A stretch of DNA of 64,000 nt from Candidatus Micrarchaeota archaeon. GTDB lineage: Archaea > Micrarchaeota > Micrarchaeia > Norongarragalinales > SBBD01. The DNA is taken from contig JAHJQN010000004.1 of assembly GCA_018819225.1 (NCBI GenBank), positions 287,302 to 351,301 on the forward strand, written 5' to 3'. The position numbers and the translations under genes are program-made. A model generated the notes under the pieces. The model saw nothing but the letters and a program-made list of their open reading frames with translations, had not been told where the DNA came from and did no database searches. Each line of letters opens with the position of its first letter. Within the stretch, counting starts at the first letter, position 1. Positions 48,206 through 56,002 of this stretch are shown piece after piece.

Positions 48206-48261
48206 CTGAACGTTCCGCATTTTTTTTATTCTTGGTTCAATGGGGATTGCGAAAACCGCGG

Positions 48262-49326
48262 TCATACCCACTTTTGTTTCCGGAAATAAAACAGCATGAC
48301 GAATGATATCGCGATCATGAACATCCAGAGAATCGGATAGGCTAACGGCCAATCCAACTCGGGCATGAAACGAAAATTCATGCCGTACACTCCGACAATG
48401 AACGTCAGCGGAATAAAGAGAGTGGCAATAACGGTTAAGGTCTTCATGACCTCGTTCATCCGATTGCTGATGCTGGACATGTAGAGGTCCATCATCCCGG
48501 ATAAAAGATCGCGGTACGAATCGATGGAATCAATGGCGTGGATGATGTGGTCGTAAACGTCCCGCAAGAACACGGCGGTCTGGTTCTTGATCAGCTTCGA
48601 TTCGTTCCGCTGGAGTCCGCTGATGACTTCCCTCAATGGCCACACGCCCTTCCGCAAGAACACCAAATCCGTTTTCATGGCGTGAATGGAATGCAGCGTG
48701 GACTGGGACGGGTTCGCCACCAGTTCTCCCTCCAATTGCTCTATGCGTTCCCCCAATTCCTCCAGAATGACAAAATAATGGTCGACGACGGAATCGATCA
48801 ACGTATAAAAAAGGTAATCGGCGCCCATCCTCCGAATCCGTCCTTTTCCCTTGCGAAGACGTTCGCGAAGCGGATCAAAAACGTCTCCGGGTTTTTCCTG
48901 AAAAGAAATCACGTACTGCTTTCCAAGAATCACGCTGACTTGTTCGGACTCCACCCTCTTTTTTTCCCGATCAAAATAGAGCATTTTCATGACTAAAAAA
49001 AGGTGGTCCCCGAAATCCTCGAGCTTGGGGCGTTGATCAGTATGGACGATATCCTCGATGAGCATCGGATGAAAACCCAAACGATCTCCCAGTTTCTGGA
49101 TCCCTTGCGAATCGTGCACGCCGTCCACGTTAATCCACGTAATCGAGGGCGCGTCTTTGATCGGAAAACACGCATCAAACGAGTCCGGTTTAAGTTCTTT
49201 CACGTCATCCGAAGTAAAATTAAAAAGCGTGATTTCCACGCGATCCGTTTTCTTTTCGCCCACGAATACTGCCGTACCCGGACTCAACCCCGCTTTCTTT
49301 GAAGCCCTTTTGAAATACCGCGACAT
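48262..49326 (-). CDS. corA: Magnesium/cobalt transporter CorA
   Basis: QRPKLEDF, NEVMKTLT, YGMNF..MPEL.W. Confidence 0.95.
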   Translation of the reverse strand: MSRYFKRASKKAGLSPGTAVFVGEKKTDRVEITLFNFTSDDVKELKPDSFDACFPIKDAPSITWINVDGVHDSQGIQKLGDRLGFHPMLIEDIVHTDQRPKLEDFGDHLFLVMKMLYFDREKKRVESEQVSVILGKQYVISFQEKPGDVFDPLRERLRKGKGRIRRMGADYLFYTLIDSVVDHYFVILEELGERIEQLEGELVANPSQSTLHSIHAMKTDLVFLRKGVWPLREVISGLQRNESKLIKNQTAVFLRDVYDHIIHAIDSIDSYRDLLSGMMDLYMSSISNRMNEVMKTLTVIATLFIPLTFIVGVYGMNFRFMPELDWPLAYPILWMFMIAISFVMLFYFRKQKWV

Positions 49327-49458
49327 CTCCCACTACCCCGTTAAAGAAGATGGCTAAACCCATTAAAAACCCCTCTTGACTGAAGCTAATCATTCCCGAA
49401 CGGGAATAAGAACTTGTTCAACATTAAGTTAAATAATTGGATCGAACTCAATGGCGTC

Positions 49459-49641
49459 ATGGCCAAGAAAAACCTGAAGGAAAGGATTTCCCATCCAAAA
49501 TTTCCGACGCTCGAACAACGAAAGCGATTCGCCTCGGGGGACATTCACGCTATGGGAATCAGAAAAATACGGTACGGGGTTCTTCCACCGAGATTAAGGG
49601 AAAGGGTGAATGAGCACCTCATCGAAACCCGACTCACGTGA
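49459..49641 (+). CDS. Small basic hypothetical protein
   Basis: ORF MAKKNLKERI... after an AT-rich promoter-like stretch. Confidence 0.35.
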   Translation: MAKKNLKERISHPKFPTLEQRKRFASGDIHAMGIRKIRYGVLPPRLRERVNEHLIETRLT

Positions 49642-49766
49642 ATAGCTTCGGATGCTCCAGCCGACAAGAGACAAGAAGAGTAAGAGGCGCACGAAACCCT
49701 CTAGAGCGGAATCAACCCAAGTCTTAAAAGCGCTCAGGAATAGAAGGTTTTGAAAGAGGGGTCGTC

Positions 49767-50486
49767 ATGGAATTCAAGGGAAAAAAAGCATTGATTACCG
49801 GAAGCGCCGTGCGATTCGGAAGACATGTGGCGCTCGAGCTCGCGAAACAAGGTGCGGACGTCGCCATCCACTACCGAGACAGTGAAAAGGAAGCGGAAAA
49901 AGTCGTTAATGGAATCAAGGAAATGGGGAGGAAAAGCCAGGCGTTTCCCGCGGAGTTGACAGACGCAAAGCAAGCCGTGAAAATGGTGCGGGATGCCTCC
50001 GAGTTTTTGCACGGACTCGACATTCTTGTGAACAACGCCTCCTCGGTATACGTACATAAACACGTGACGGAAGTGCAACCGGATGAATGGAAGCGCGTGC
50101 TCGACACGGATTTGAACGGGGCGTTTTACTGCACGCATGCCGTGCTCCCCATCATGCACATGCAAAAATACGGGCGCATCATCAACATGGGAGCCGTCGG
50201 TTGCGGAATCATTCAAGCCAAACCCCTCACCACAGCATATTCCGCAGCGAAAACCGGTTTATTGATTCTAACAAAAAGCGTGGCTGCATCAGAAGTGCAA
50301 AACGGGATTACCTGCAACATGGTATCTCCCGGCATCATGGAAATCAGCGAAGAAAAACGAAACGTTCCATTGAAACGATACGCGAAATACGATGAAGTGT
50401 TGCGAGCGGTCTTGTTCCTCGCCAGCGAGAAAAGCGCGTATATCACGGGACAAAACATGGAGGTCGCGGGTGCGTACCAGCTGTGA
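49767..50486 (+). CDS. Short-chain dehydrogenase, FolM/pteridine reductase-like
   Basis: TGSAVRFG, AIHY, NNAS, YSAAK; overlaps folE start. Confidence 0.8.
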   Translation: MEFKGKKALITGSAVRFGRHVALELAKQGADVAIHYRDSEKEAEKVVNGIKEMGRKSQAFPAELTDAKQAVKMVRDASEFLHGLDILVNNASSVYVHKHVTEVQPDEWKRVLDTDLNGAFYCTHAVLPIMHMQKYGRIINMGAVGCGIIQAKPLTTAYSAAKTGLLILTKSVAASEVQNGITCNMVSPGIMEISEEKRNVPLKRYAKYDEVLRAVLFLASEKSAYITGQNMEVAGAYQL

Positions 50487-50968
50487 AACGAATCATCAAG
50501 CCCCAAAAACTCGCGGAAATGCTGGAATTCTTTAATGAAGGGTATGAAACGAATTGGAAAAAAGTACTGAAAACCAGGAAAAGCGGCGAACACGGGGAAG
50601 TGGTATTCCGAAAGATTCCGTTCCACAGTTTATGCGAACACCACGGCCTGCCGTTCCACGGGGAATGCACGATCGCGTACTTGCCGAACGGGAAATTGCT
50701 GGGGCTTGCGAGATTTCTCCAACTCGTGGAAGCGTTGAGTCATCGAATGCAGATTCAAGAAAAACTGACGCGCGAGATCGCGGAAAAGCTGCAAAAATAC
50801 GTCCGGCCTAAAGGCGTTGCGGTTTTTATGAAAGGAACGCATTTCTGCACCGTCATTTCCAGCGGAAAAACAACGGATATGGAAACCGCGTTCTTTACGG
50901 GCGACTATGAAAAAAGCGAGGGAAGAAAAAACGCGTTTTTAATCCGAGCTGGAAAAAGAGGGAAGTAA
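50483..50968 (+). CDS. folE: GTP cyclohydrolase I, short N-terminus
   Basis: SLCEHH.LPF.G, YLP, QIQEKLT, HFC. Confidence 0.85.
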   Translation: MKRIIKPQKLAEMLEFFNEGYETNWKKVLKTRKSGEHGEVVFRKIPFHSLCEHHGLPFHGECTIAYLPNGKLLGLARFLQLVEALSHRMQIQEKLTREIAEKLQKYVRPKGVAVFMKGTHFCTVISSGKTTDMETAFFTGDYEKSEGRKNAFLIRAGKRGK

Positions 50969-51475
50969 ATGATCATCAACCGAGAACAAATATTGCAACG
51001 CATTCTCCAAGACCAATTGATCACCCATTACCAGGAAATTAAAAGCCAGTTGCAACCCGCCGGATTTGACTTGCGCGTCGAAAAAGTGTATTCGTTTGAA
51101 AGCCAGGGCGCCATTGACTTCGACAATTCCGAGAGGAAAATCAGCGACGCGAAAGAGATGGAGTGGGAAAGCAATGGATGGCTGGAGTTGAAGCCCGGAA
51201 CGTATAAAGTGCAGTTCGCGGAAGAAGTGCGTTTGCCGGCGGACCTGGCGGCGCACACCATTTTGAGATCTTCATTGATGCGGTGCGGATGCGTCATGCA
51301 CCAAGGGTTCTGGGACCCGGGATACAACGGCAAAGGCGAAAGCGTCATCATCGTGGGAAATCCGAAGGGATTGAAGCTCAAGAAAGGAGCGAAAATCGCG
51401 CAAATGGTTTTTCACAAACTGGCGGCGGAAACGGATGCGTTATACGAAGGCATTCACCAGAGAGAAAACCTTTAA
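50969..51475 (+). CDS. Trimeric dUTPase / dCTP deaminase family
   Basis: QPAGFDL, RSSLMRCG, WDPGYNG, IAQMVF. Confidence 0.85.
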   Translation: MIINREQILQRILQDQLITHYQEIKSQLQPAGFDLRVEKVYSFESQGAIDFDNSERKISDAKEMEWESNGWLELKPGTYKVQFAEEVRLPADLAAHTILRSSLMRCGCVMHQGFWDPGYNGKGESVIIVGNPKGLKLKKGAKIAQMVFHKLAAETDALYEGIHQRENL

Positions 51476-52557
51476 CGGAAAGGACGCGAGTGCCTGCGCA
51501 GTTTGAAAATGCTGGGCTGGAATCCTAAAGAAGATGCCACGCGCTTGTAGACCAGATCCATTTCCTTCGGATGCATGGCAGCCCGCAAATCCGCTTCAAT
51601 GAGTACGGGAGGGTACGCATATTTCGGGTTGTGCTTGCTTAACGAATAAACCAGGGAGGTGAGGCGGTTGACGAAGGAGAGAGGGTGCTTGGTTTCCTGC
51701 TGGGGAAGAAGGAAATCGATGCGTAACGGGCGATCGTATTTCACCGCCTTAAGATACACGCTGCAGATACGCTCGCGAAAAACCCCCAAGTCTTTAAGAA
51801 TCGGATGTTCAGGGAGAGCCGAATAGCGGAACGCGAACGTGCGTTGCTTCGGTTCCAGCAACGTGAAAATGAACGCGGTGTCGTTGGTGCGCTCAAGAAT
51901 TTGAGTTTGAGCAGCGGGAAGTGAAAGCTCGCGCTTCAATAGGGATAGAAAGTGCTTGCCTTTCGAATCCTTGATGATGCCCAGTAGCATGCAATTCTTT
52001 TCTTCGCATACCGCGTACAGTTCGAGAAGCTGTTTGACGAGTAGCCGGTAATCCGCGTATAACGGTGAATCATGCGGGGGCTTGTCGGAAAGTTGAGGTA
52101 CAATGGAACCGTCCAGAAACAACGCGTCAACGGAATGAATTTTCACGATCTCGAGCGCGCGGGAAATTTCGGAGTTCAAGCGCTTGAGGTTCTTGAACCA
52201 CGCGAACTCGTGGGTATCCAGAGCGGCCGGTGTAAACACGTCGTAAGGCGGGAACCCCGACGGAATAAACGAATAGGATTTGAGTTTGCTGTGCTCGTAC
52301 TTGAATACGACGGCTGCGCTGCGCACGAGCAACAAATCAAGGGAGTGCAGTTCTTCGGCGAGCAATCCGCCATCCACGGCAGAAATGGAGCCGTTGACCT
52401 CTGAATCCACTACGGGAACCATGAGCTTCGAGTCCAACAAATCGTTAGCGCCGAACTCTGGAGAATTTTTTTTTAAGTGGCTGGCAAAGGATTGAAGGCG
52501 CGATTCCGTTTCGCGAATATCGTGCACGGCTCTCTGAATCGCTTCCTCGTTGATCAT
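51472..52557 (-). CDS. nurA: NurA nuclease
   Basis: AVDGG, LDGSI, GIIKDS, YAYPPVLIEADLRA. Confidence 0.85.
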   Translation of the reverse strand: MINEEAIQRAVHDIRETESRLQSFASHLKKNSPEFGANDLLDSKLMVPVVDSEVNGSISAVDGGLLAEELHSLDLLLVRSAAVVFKYEHSKLKSYSFIPSGFPPYDVFTPAALDTHEFAWFKNLKRLNSEISRALEIVKIHSVDALFLDGSIVPQLSDKPPHDSPLYADYRLLVKQLLELYAVCEEKNCMLLGIIKDSKGKHFLSLLKRELSLPAAQTQILERTNDTAFIFTLLEPKQRTFAFRYSALPEHPILKDLGVFRERICSVYLKAVKYDRPLRIDFLLPQQETKHPLSFVNRLTSLVYSLSKHNPKYAYPPVLIEADLRAAMHPKEMDLVYKRVASSLGFQPSIFKLRRHSRPFR

Positions 52558-52569
52558 AAGTACTCGAAC

Positions 52570-52677
52570 TCAACGGCGCGGCCGGTATTGATAAAGGAAT
52601 CGGTGCGTCTTTTCCGATGGAGGAGCGCGTTCCTGCACCACGCGTTCCTTGACTTCCACCACGCGCGGTTTCTTCAA
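52570..52677 (-). CDS. 35-aa peptide (absent from ORF track)
   Basis: TTG start with GGTGG SD; MKKPRVVEVKERVVQERAPPSEKTHRFLYQYRPRR*; fills gap between E2 and nurA. Confidence 0.5.
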   Translation of the reverse strand: MKKPRVVEVKERVVQERAPPSEKTHRFLYQYRPRR

Positions 52678-52679
52678 TA

Positions 52680-53159
52680 TTATCCACCTTTCGTGACGAT
52701 GCGCGGCCGCTTGAACGCGTACTGGCCCTCAAAAGCCCGAGGATTCTCGTCAAAGAAGCGCGCGGCCTCAATGTTTAACGGAGAGCGAGGGTTCGGATGT
52801 CCTAACATGTATTGAATCGCGTGGCAAACCGATACGAGCGTTTGCGACGCCGCCCATTCGTTGACGAGTTGAATGCAGACTTTACCGTCATTCTCGCGGA
52901 TGTTGGGATGAAATAACGGGGTGAGCCAAACGAGCTCGAGACCACCCGCATACGGGTAATCGCGTTTCACGGTCATCCGCAAGCGATGCGAATGAATAGG
53001 GGTGACGCGGCCTTGCGAACGCTGAAAACCCTTTCCAGAGAAAGCGACTTCATACTCCGTGAGATCCGAATTGACGCGGAACGAGAAAGGGCTTTTCTGC
53101 ATTTGAGCGTGTTCGGACTCGAGTCGACGCTTGAACACGGCTTCCGGTAAAAACGGCAT
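52680..53159 (-). CDS. Ubiquitin-conjugating enzyme E2 (UBC fold)
   Basis: RRL..E, DYPY, TPLFHPNI....GKVCI (catalytic Cys), PNPRSPLNIEAA. Confidence 0.92.
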   Translation of the reverse strand: MPFLPEAVFKRRLESEHAQMQKSPFSFRVNSDLTEYEVAFSGKGFQRSQGRVTPIHSHRLRMTVKRDYPYAGGLELVWLTPLFHPNIRENDGKVCIQLVNEWAASQTLVSVCHAIQYMLGHPNPRSPLNIEAARFFDENPRAFEGQYAFKRPRIVTKGG

Positions 53160-53189
53160 GCGGTCCTCCCCCCTTACAAAAAAAGAGAA

Positions 53190-53432
53190 TTAACCGCCCG
53201 TGGGATCGGGCATGAGCAATAAAACGTCGTTCTCGTTCACTCCCGCTTCCGCAAGAGTCACTGCAGGATCCAGAATCTTGTTGTCTTGAGTCGCAAGAAC
53301 AAAACGATCCTTCAACTGAAGGGTTTCCGTGAGCACTTCCAGAATGCTGGCCACCGTGAAATTAGGTTCGACGGCAAGAACCGTCTCTTTCCCGGAAGTC
53401 GTGTGATTAACCGTGATATTGAATTCCGCCAT
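53190..53432 (-). CDS. Ubiquitin-like protein ending in Gly-Gly
   Basis: 80 aa; VEP..TV..I, ILD...TLAEAGV.END.L.L, C-terminal TGG*; AGGTGA SD. Confidence 0.88.
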   Translation of the reverse strand: MAEFNITVNHTTSGKETVLAVEPNFTVASILEVLTETLQLKDRFVLATQDNKILDPAVTLAEAGVNENDVLLLMPDPTGG

Positions 53433-53521
53433 GCACTTCACCTGTTGCCTCGACGAACGAAATATAGTGCGCAAAGCTATTAATCCCTTTCGTTATATGT
53501 AGGTTCAAAGGGGGATGAAGC

Positions 53522-53809
53522 ATGGCCGGAAAGCCGCGCGTCGTAAAAGTCACGAGCCAGAAGAAGCCCCGCGTCGTTCGGGAAGACGATTACAGTCTGA
53601 TGCTGAAATCGGAAGAGAACGAGGAGGAGCGGCCCAAGCACGTGGTCTTTGAAGGCTTGAATAAACAAGCGGGAGACGCTCCAAGAGACAAGCTGCGGGA
53701 AGAAGCACTGAAAGACATCACGCCACTCGAGAAAGGAAAAACGCTGGAGCAAGAAGGGGAAGCGCCCAGCCTCCAAAAACGCGTAAGAAAGTTCATGGGA
53801 ATGAAGTAA
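53522..53809 (+). CDS. Hypothetical charged protein with two KPRVV motifs
   Basis: First gene of divergent unit with JAMM and RING-like genes. Confidence 0.6.
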   Translation: MAGKPRVVKVTSQKKPRVVREDDYSLMLKSEENEEERPKHVVFEGLNKQAGDAPRDKLREEALKDITPLEKGKTLEQEGEAPSLQKRVRKFMGMK

Positions 53810-53810
53810 T

Positions 53811-54281
53811 ATGCCGGAATTCGACGTGTATATGGACGCGAAAGCGTTGCACGCCGCAGAAAAACACGTGAGGCACATGGCGCGCGAAGGAAAAGAAGGC
53901 ATGGGCTTGCTGATCGGAAACCGGTATTCGTGGGAAGGAGAAGAGTACGTGTGCGTGGACGAGTTCATTACGGCGAAAAACCAGGCTTCATCTGCCAGCG
54001 TGCAATTCGCACGCGAAGCCTTCCCGGAACTCGCCAAAAAAATCAAGAAGCGATTCTCGAAAAAAATGGTGGTGGGATGGATTCACTCGCATCCCGGCTA
54101 CGGATGTTTTCTCTCTTCAACCGATATCGGGACTCAGAACGCGTACTTTAACGAATCCTATCACGTGGCATTCGTGATGGATCCAACCAAACAAGAGAAC
54201 GAGCGCCTGCTGAACCGAGCGTTTCGCGTAAATGAGGAAGGGTATTACGCAGTATCATTCGTTGTAGTCGAAAAAATGTGA
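53811..54281 (+). CDS. JAMM/MPN+ metalloprotease (Rpn11-like)
   Basis: EGMGLLIG; VVGWIHSHPGYGCFLSSTDI. Confidence 0.93.
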   Translation: MPEFDVYMDAKALHAAEKHVRHMAREGKEGMGLLIGNRYSWEGEEYVCVDEFITAKNQASSASVQFAREAFPELAKKIKKRFSKKMVVGWIHSHPGYGCFLSSTDIGTQNAYFNESYHVAFVMDPTKQENERLLNRAFRVNEEGYYAVSFVVVEKM

Positions 54282-54287
54282 CGCATT

Positions 54288-55217
54288 ATGGAAGAACCGT
54301 TCGGGTTACCGGAAACGCCGATGGCAGAGGAACCGCATATTGAAAAAACGGGGGCGAAACCCCGCAAGAGGAAACTGAAAAAGAAAAAAACGAGTAAGCC
54401 CAAGCTGCAAAAATTCGACGTGGTTCTGCTGCAATTGCTGAAGGAAGGCGTCAGTTCGTTGGAAGAACTTCAACGAATATTTAATGTGCATGAAAGAGAG
54501 TTTTTGAAACGATTGCAGACGCTTATGAGACGCAAACTCATCGTCATGGATGAGGAAAAAAAGGGGTTGAAGCTCTCGATAGCAGGAGTCAATGCGTATC
54601 AACCGCGCTGGAAAGAAGCCGCGGACGCGTGGCTGGAACGCAAAGCAATGGCGTGGGTGCCGGACGTGGAAGAAGAAACCACCAGTATACCCGTGGAGGA
54701 AACGCCGCCGAAACTCGAACCAGAAAAAACGAATGAGATCATCGAATTTCCTGAAGAACCGCCGAAAGAAAAGAAAACGGAACTGGATTTGACGGAATTA
54801 ATGGAAAAATACGGGCCCAACGAAGCCCAGCGCATTCGGAACAGCAAACAAAGCCCGTTTCTGGAACGTCACGTGAAAAAAAGAGCGGAGAAGAACGAAC
54901 GCCCGCGAATTGAATTAAAACGTCCTGAACCCGTCGTGCAACAAACCGTGTTCAGTCAGAAGAATATCAGGATGGATCATGAAAAAAGGGAGTCGTGCGA
55001 GTTATGCAAGGGAACGTTCGTCACGAGCGTGAATTCGGCAAAGAATCGCCCGAAGTACGGGCATTGTTTCTGCGGGGCCGCGTATCATAAAGACTGCTTT
55101 GAAGCGATCGTGCAAGGGGACAAGCATTGCATTAACTGCGGAAGAAAGCTCGCGCTCGCATTGGACATGAAAGCGGAGGAAGCCGTGAAAGATCTCGAAG
55201 ACTTGTCGGCCACATGA
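54288..55217 (+). CDS. wHTH plus C-terminal C4HC3 RING-like zinc-finger protein (putative E3)
   Basis: CELC...CFC-x4-HKDC...CINC; N-terminal wHTH-like segment. Confidence 0.7.
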   Translation: MEEPFGLPETPMAEEPHIEKTGAKPRKRKLKKKKTSKPKLQKFDVVLLQLLKEGVSSLEELQRIFNVHEREFLKRLQTLMRRKLIVMDEEKKGLKLSIAGVNAYQPRWKEAADAWLERKAMAWVPDVEEETTSIPVEETPPKLEPEKTNEIIEFPEEPPKEKKTELDLTELMEKYGPNEAQRIRNSKQSPFLERHVKKRAEKNERPRIELKRPEPVVQQTVFSQKNIRMDHEKRESCELCKGTFVTSVNSAKNRPKYGHCFCGAAYHKDCFEAIVQGDKHCINCGRKLALALDMKAEEAVKDLEDLSAT

Positions 55218-55258
55218 AATCCGCAATGAACGATATCATCGATAAAAAGGTCTTCTCG

Positions 55259-55942
55259 TTATTGGTGGGCTTTTTTAATTAGATGGGTCAAACGACGCAC
55301 TTCAGATGAAGCGATGCGGTCCCACAGCCCAAACTTTCGTCCTAGAACACGTTTTTGTAATACACCTAGAGCCGTTTCGGTTACACCATGTCCTAGAGTA
55401 AAATGATCGAATTGTTCCCGAGTGGGCTCCGGAGAACTAAATTTGTTCTGTAGCTTTCGCTCAAATTCATTCAAACGGCCCCAACCGCCGAAACCGACGT
55501 GAAATCGATTTTCAGGAGGAAGGATGCGGGAATATGATCGATTGGTAAACGGTAACCAACCCAATACTCTTGGCCATCGATTAATTCGATTCCAACGCTC
55601 GCCTGCTTTCGTTCGTGCAGGGGTGGGAAGCGCCCATAATTTCTTCGTATTGCGAAGAACCTTCAACAAATTGGTCCGATGTTGCTCCACATTAGGTAGA
55701 CGGGATTCCCGACGCTGACCGATGCGACGCTCGATACTATTTAGTTCAATCTGATTGTGCAATATTTGCATCAAGCGGTTGCGTTGAGCGTTATGTAATC
55801 CAAATCGTTCGTGTTCACCGATGCGGCCCATTAACTCGCGCTGGGCCCGATCCATGTGTTCCCCGAGATCTGGACGTCGAGTCGATTGAACGATTCTTTC
55901 GAGTTCTTGCGATTCAAACAACTGGGACGTTCTTGCGGGCAT
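55259..55942 (-). CDS. Hypothetical Arg-rich protein
   Basis: 227-aa ORF with its own TATA-like upstream region. Confidence 0.5.
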   Translation of the reverse strand: MPARTSQLFESQELERIVQSTRRPDLGEHMDRAQRELMGRIGEHERFGLHNAQRNRLMQILHNQIELNSIERRIGQRRESRLPNVEQHRTNLLKVLRNTKKLWALPTPARTKAGERWNRINRWPRVLGWLPFTNRSYSRILPPENRFHVGFGGWGRLNEFERKLQNKFSSPEPTREQFDHFTLGHGVTETALGVLQKRVLGRKFGLWDRIASSEVRRLTHLIKKAHQ

Positions 55943-56002
55943 AACCGGTTATCACTAAATAGTTATTACGAAAAAAGAAGTATATATGGCTTTGTTTCCC
56001 CA

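Noticed and set aside
55259-55942. Immunity gene for the Rhs tail
   Set aside because: Position fits, but it has its own promoter-like region and resembles the other basic orphans; no positive evidence
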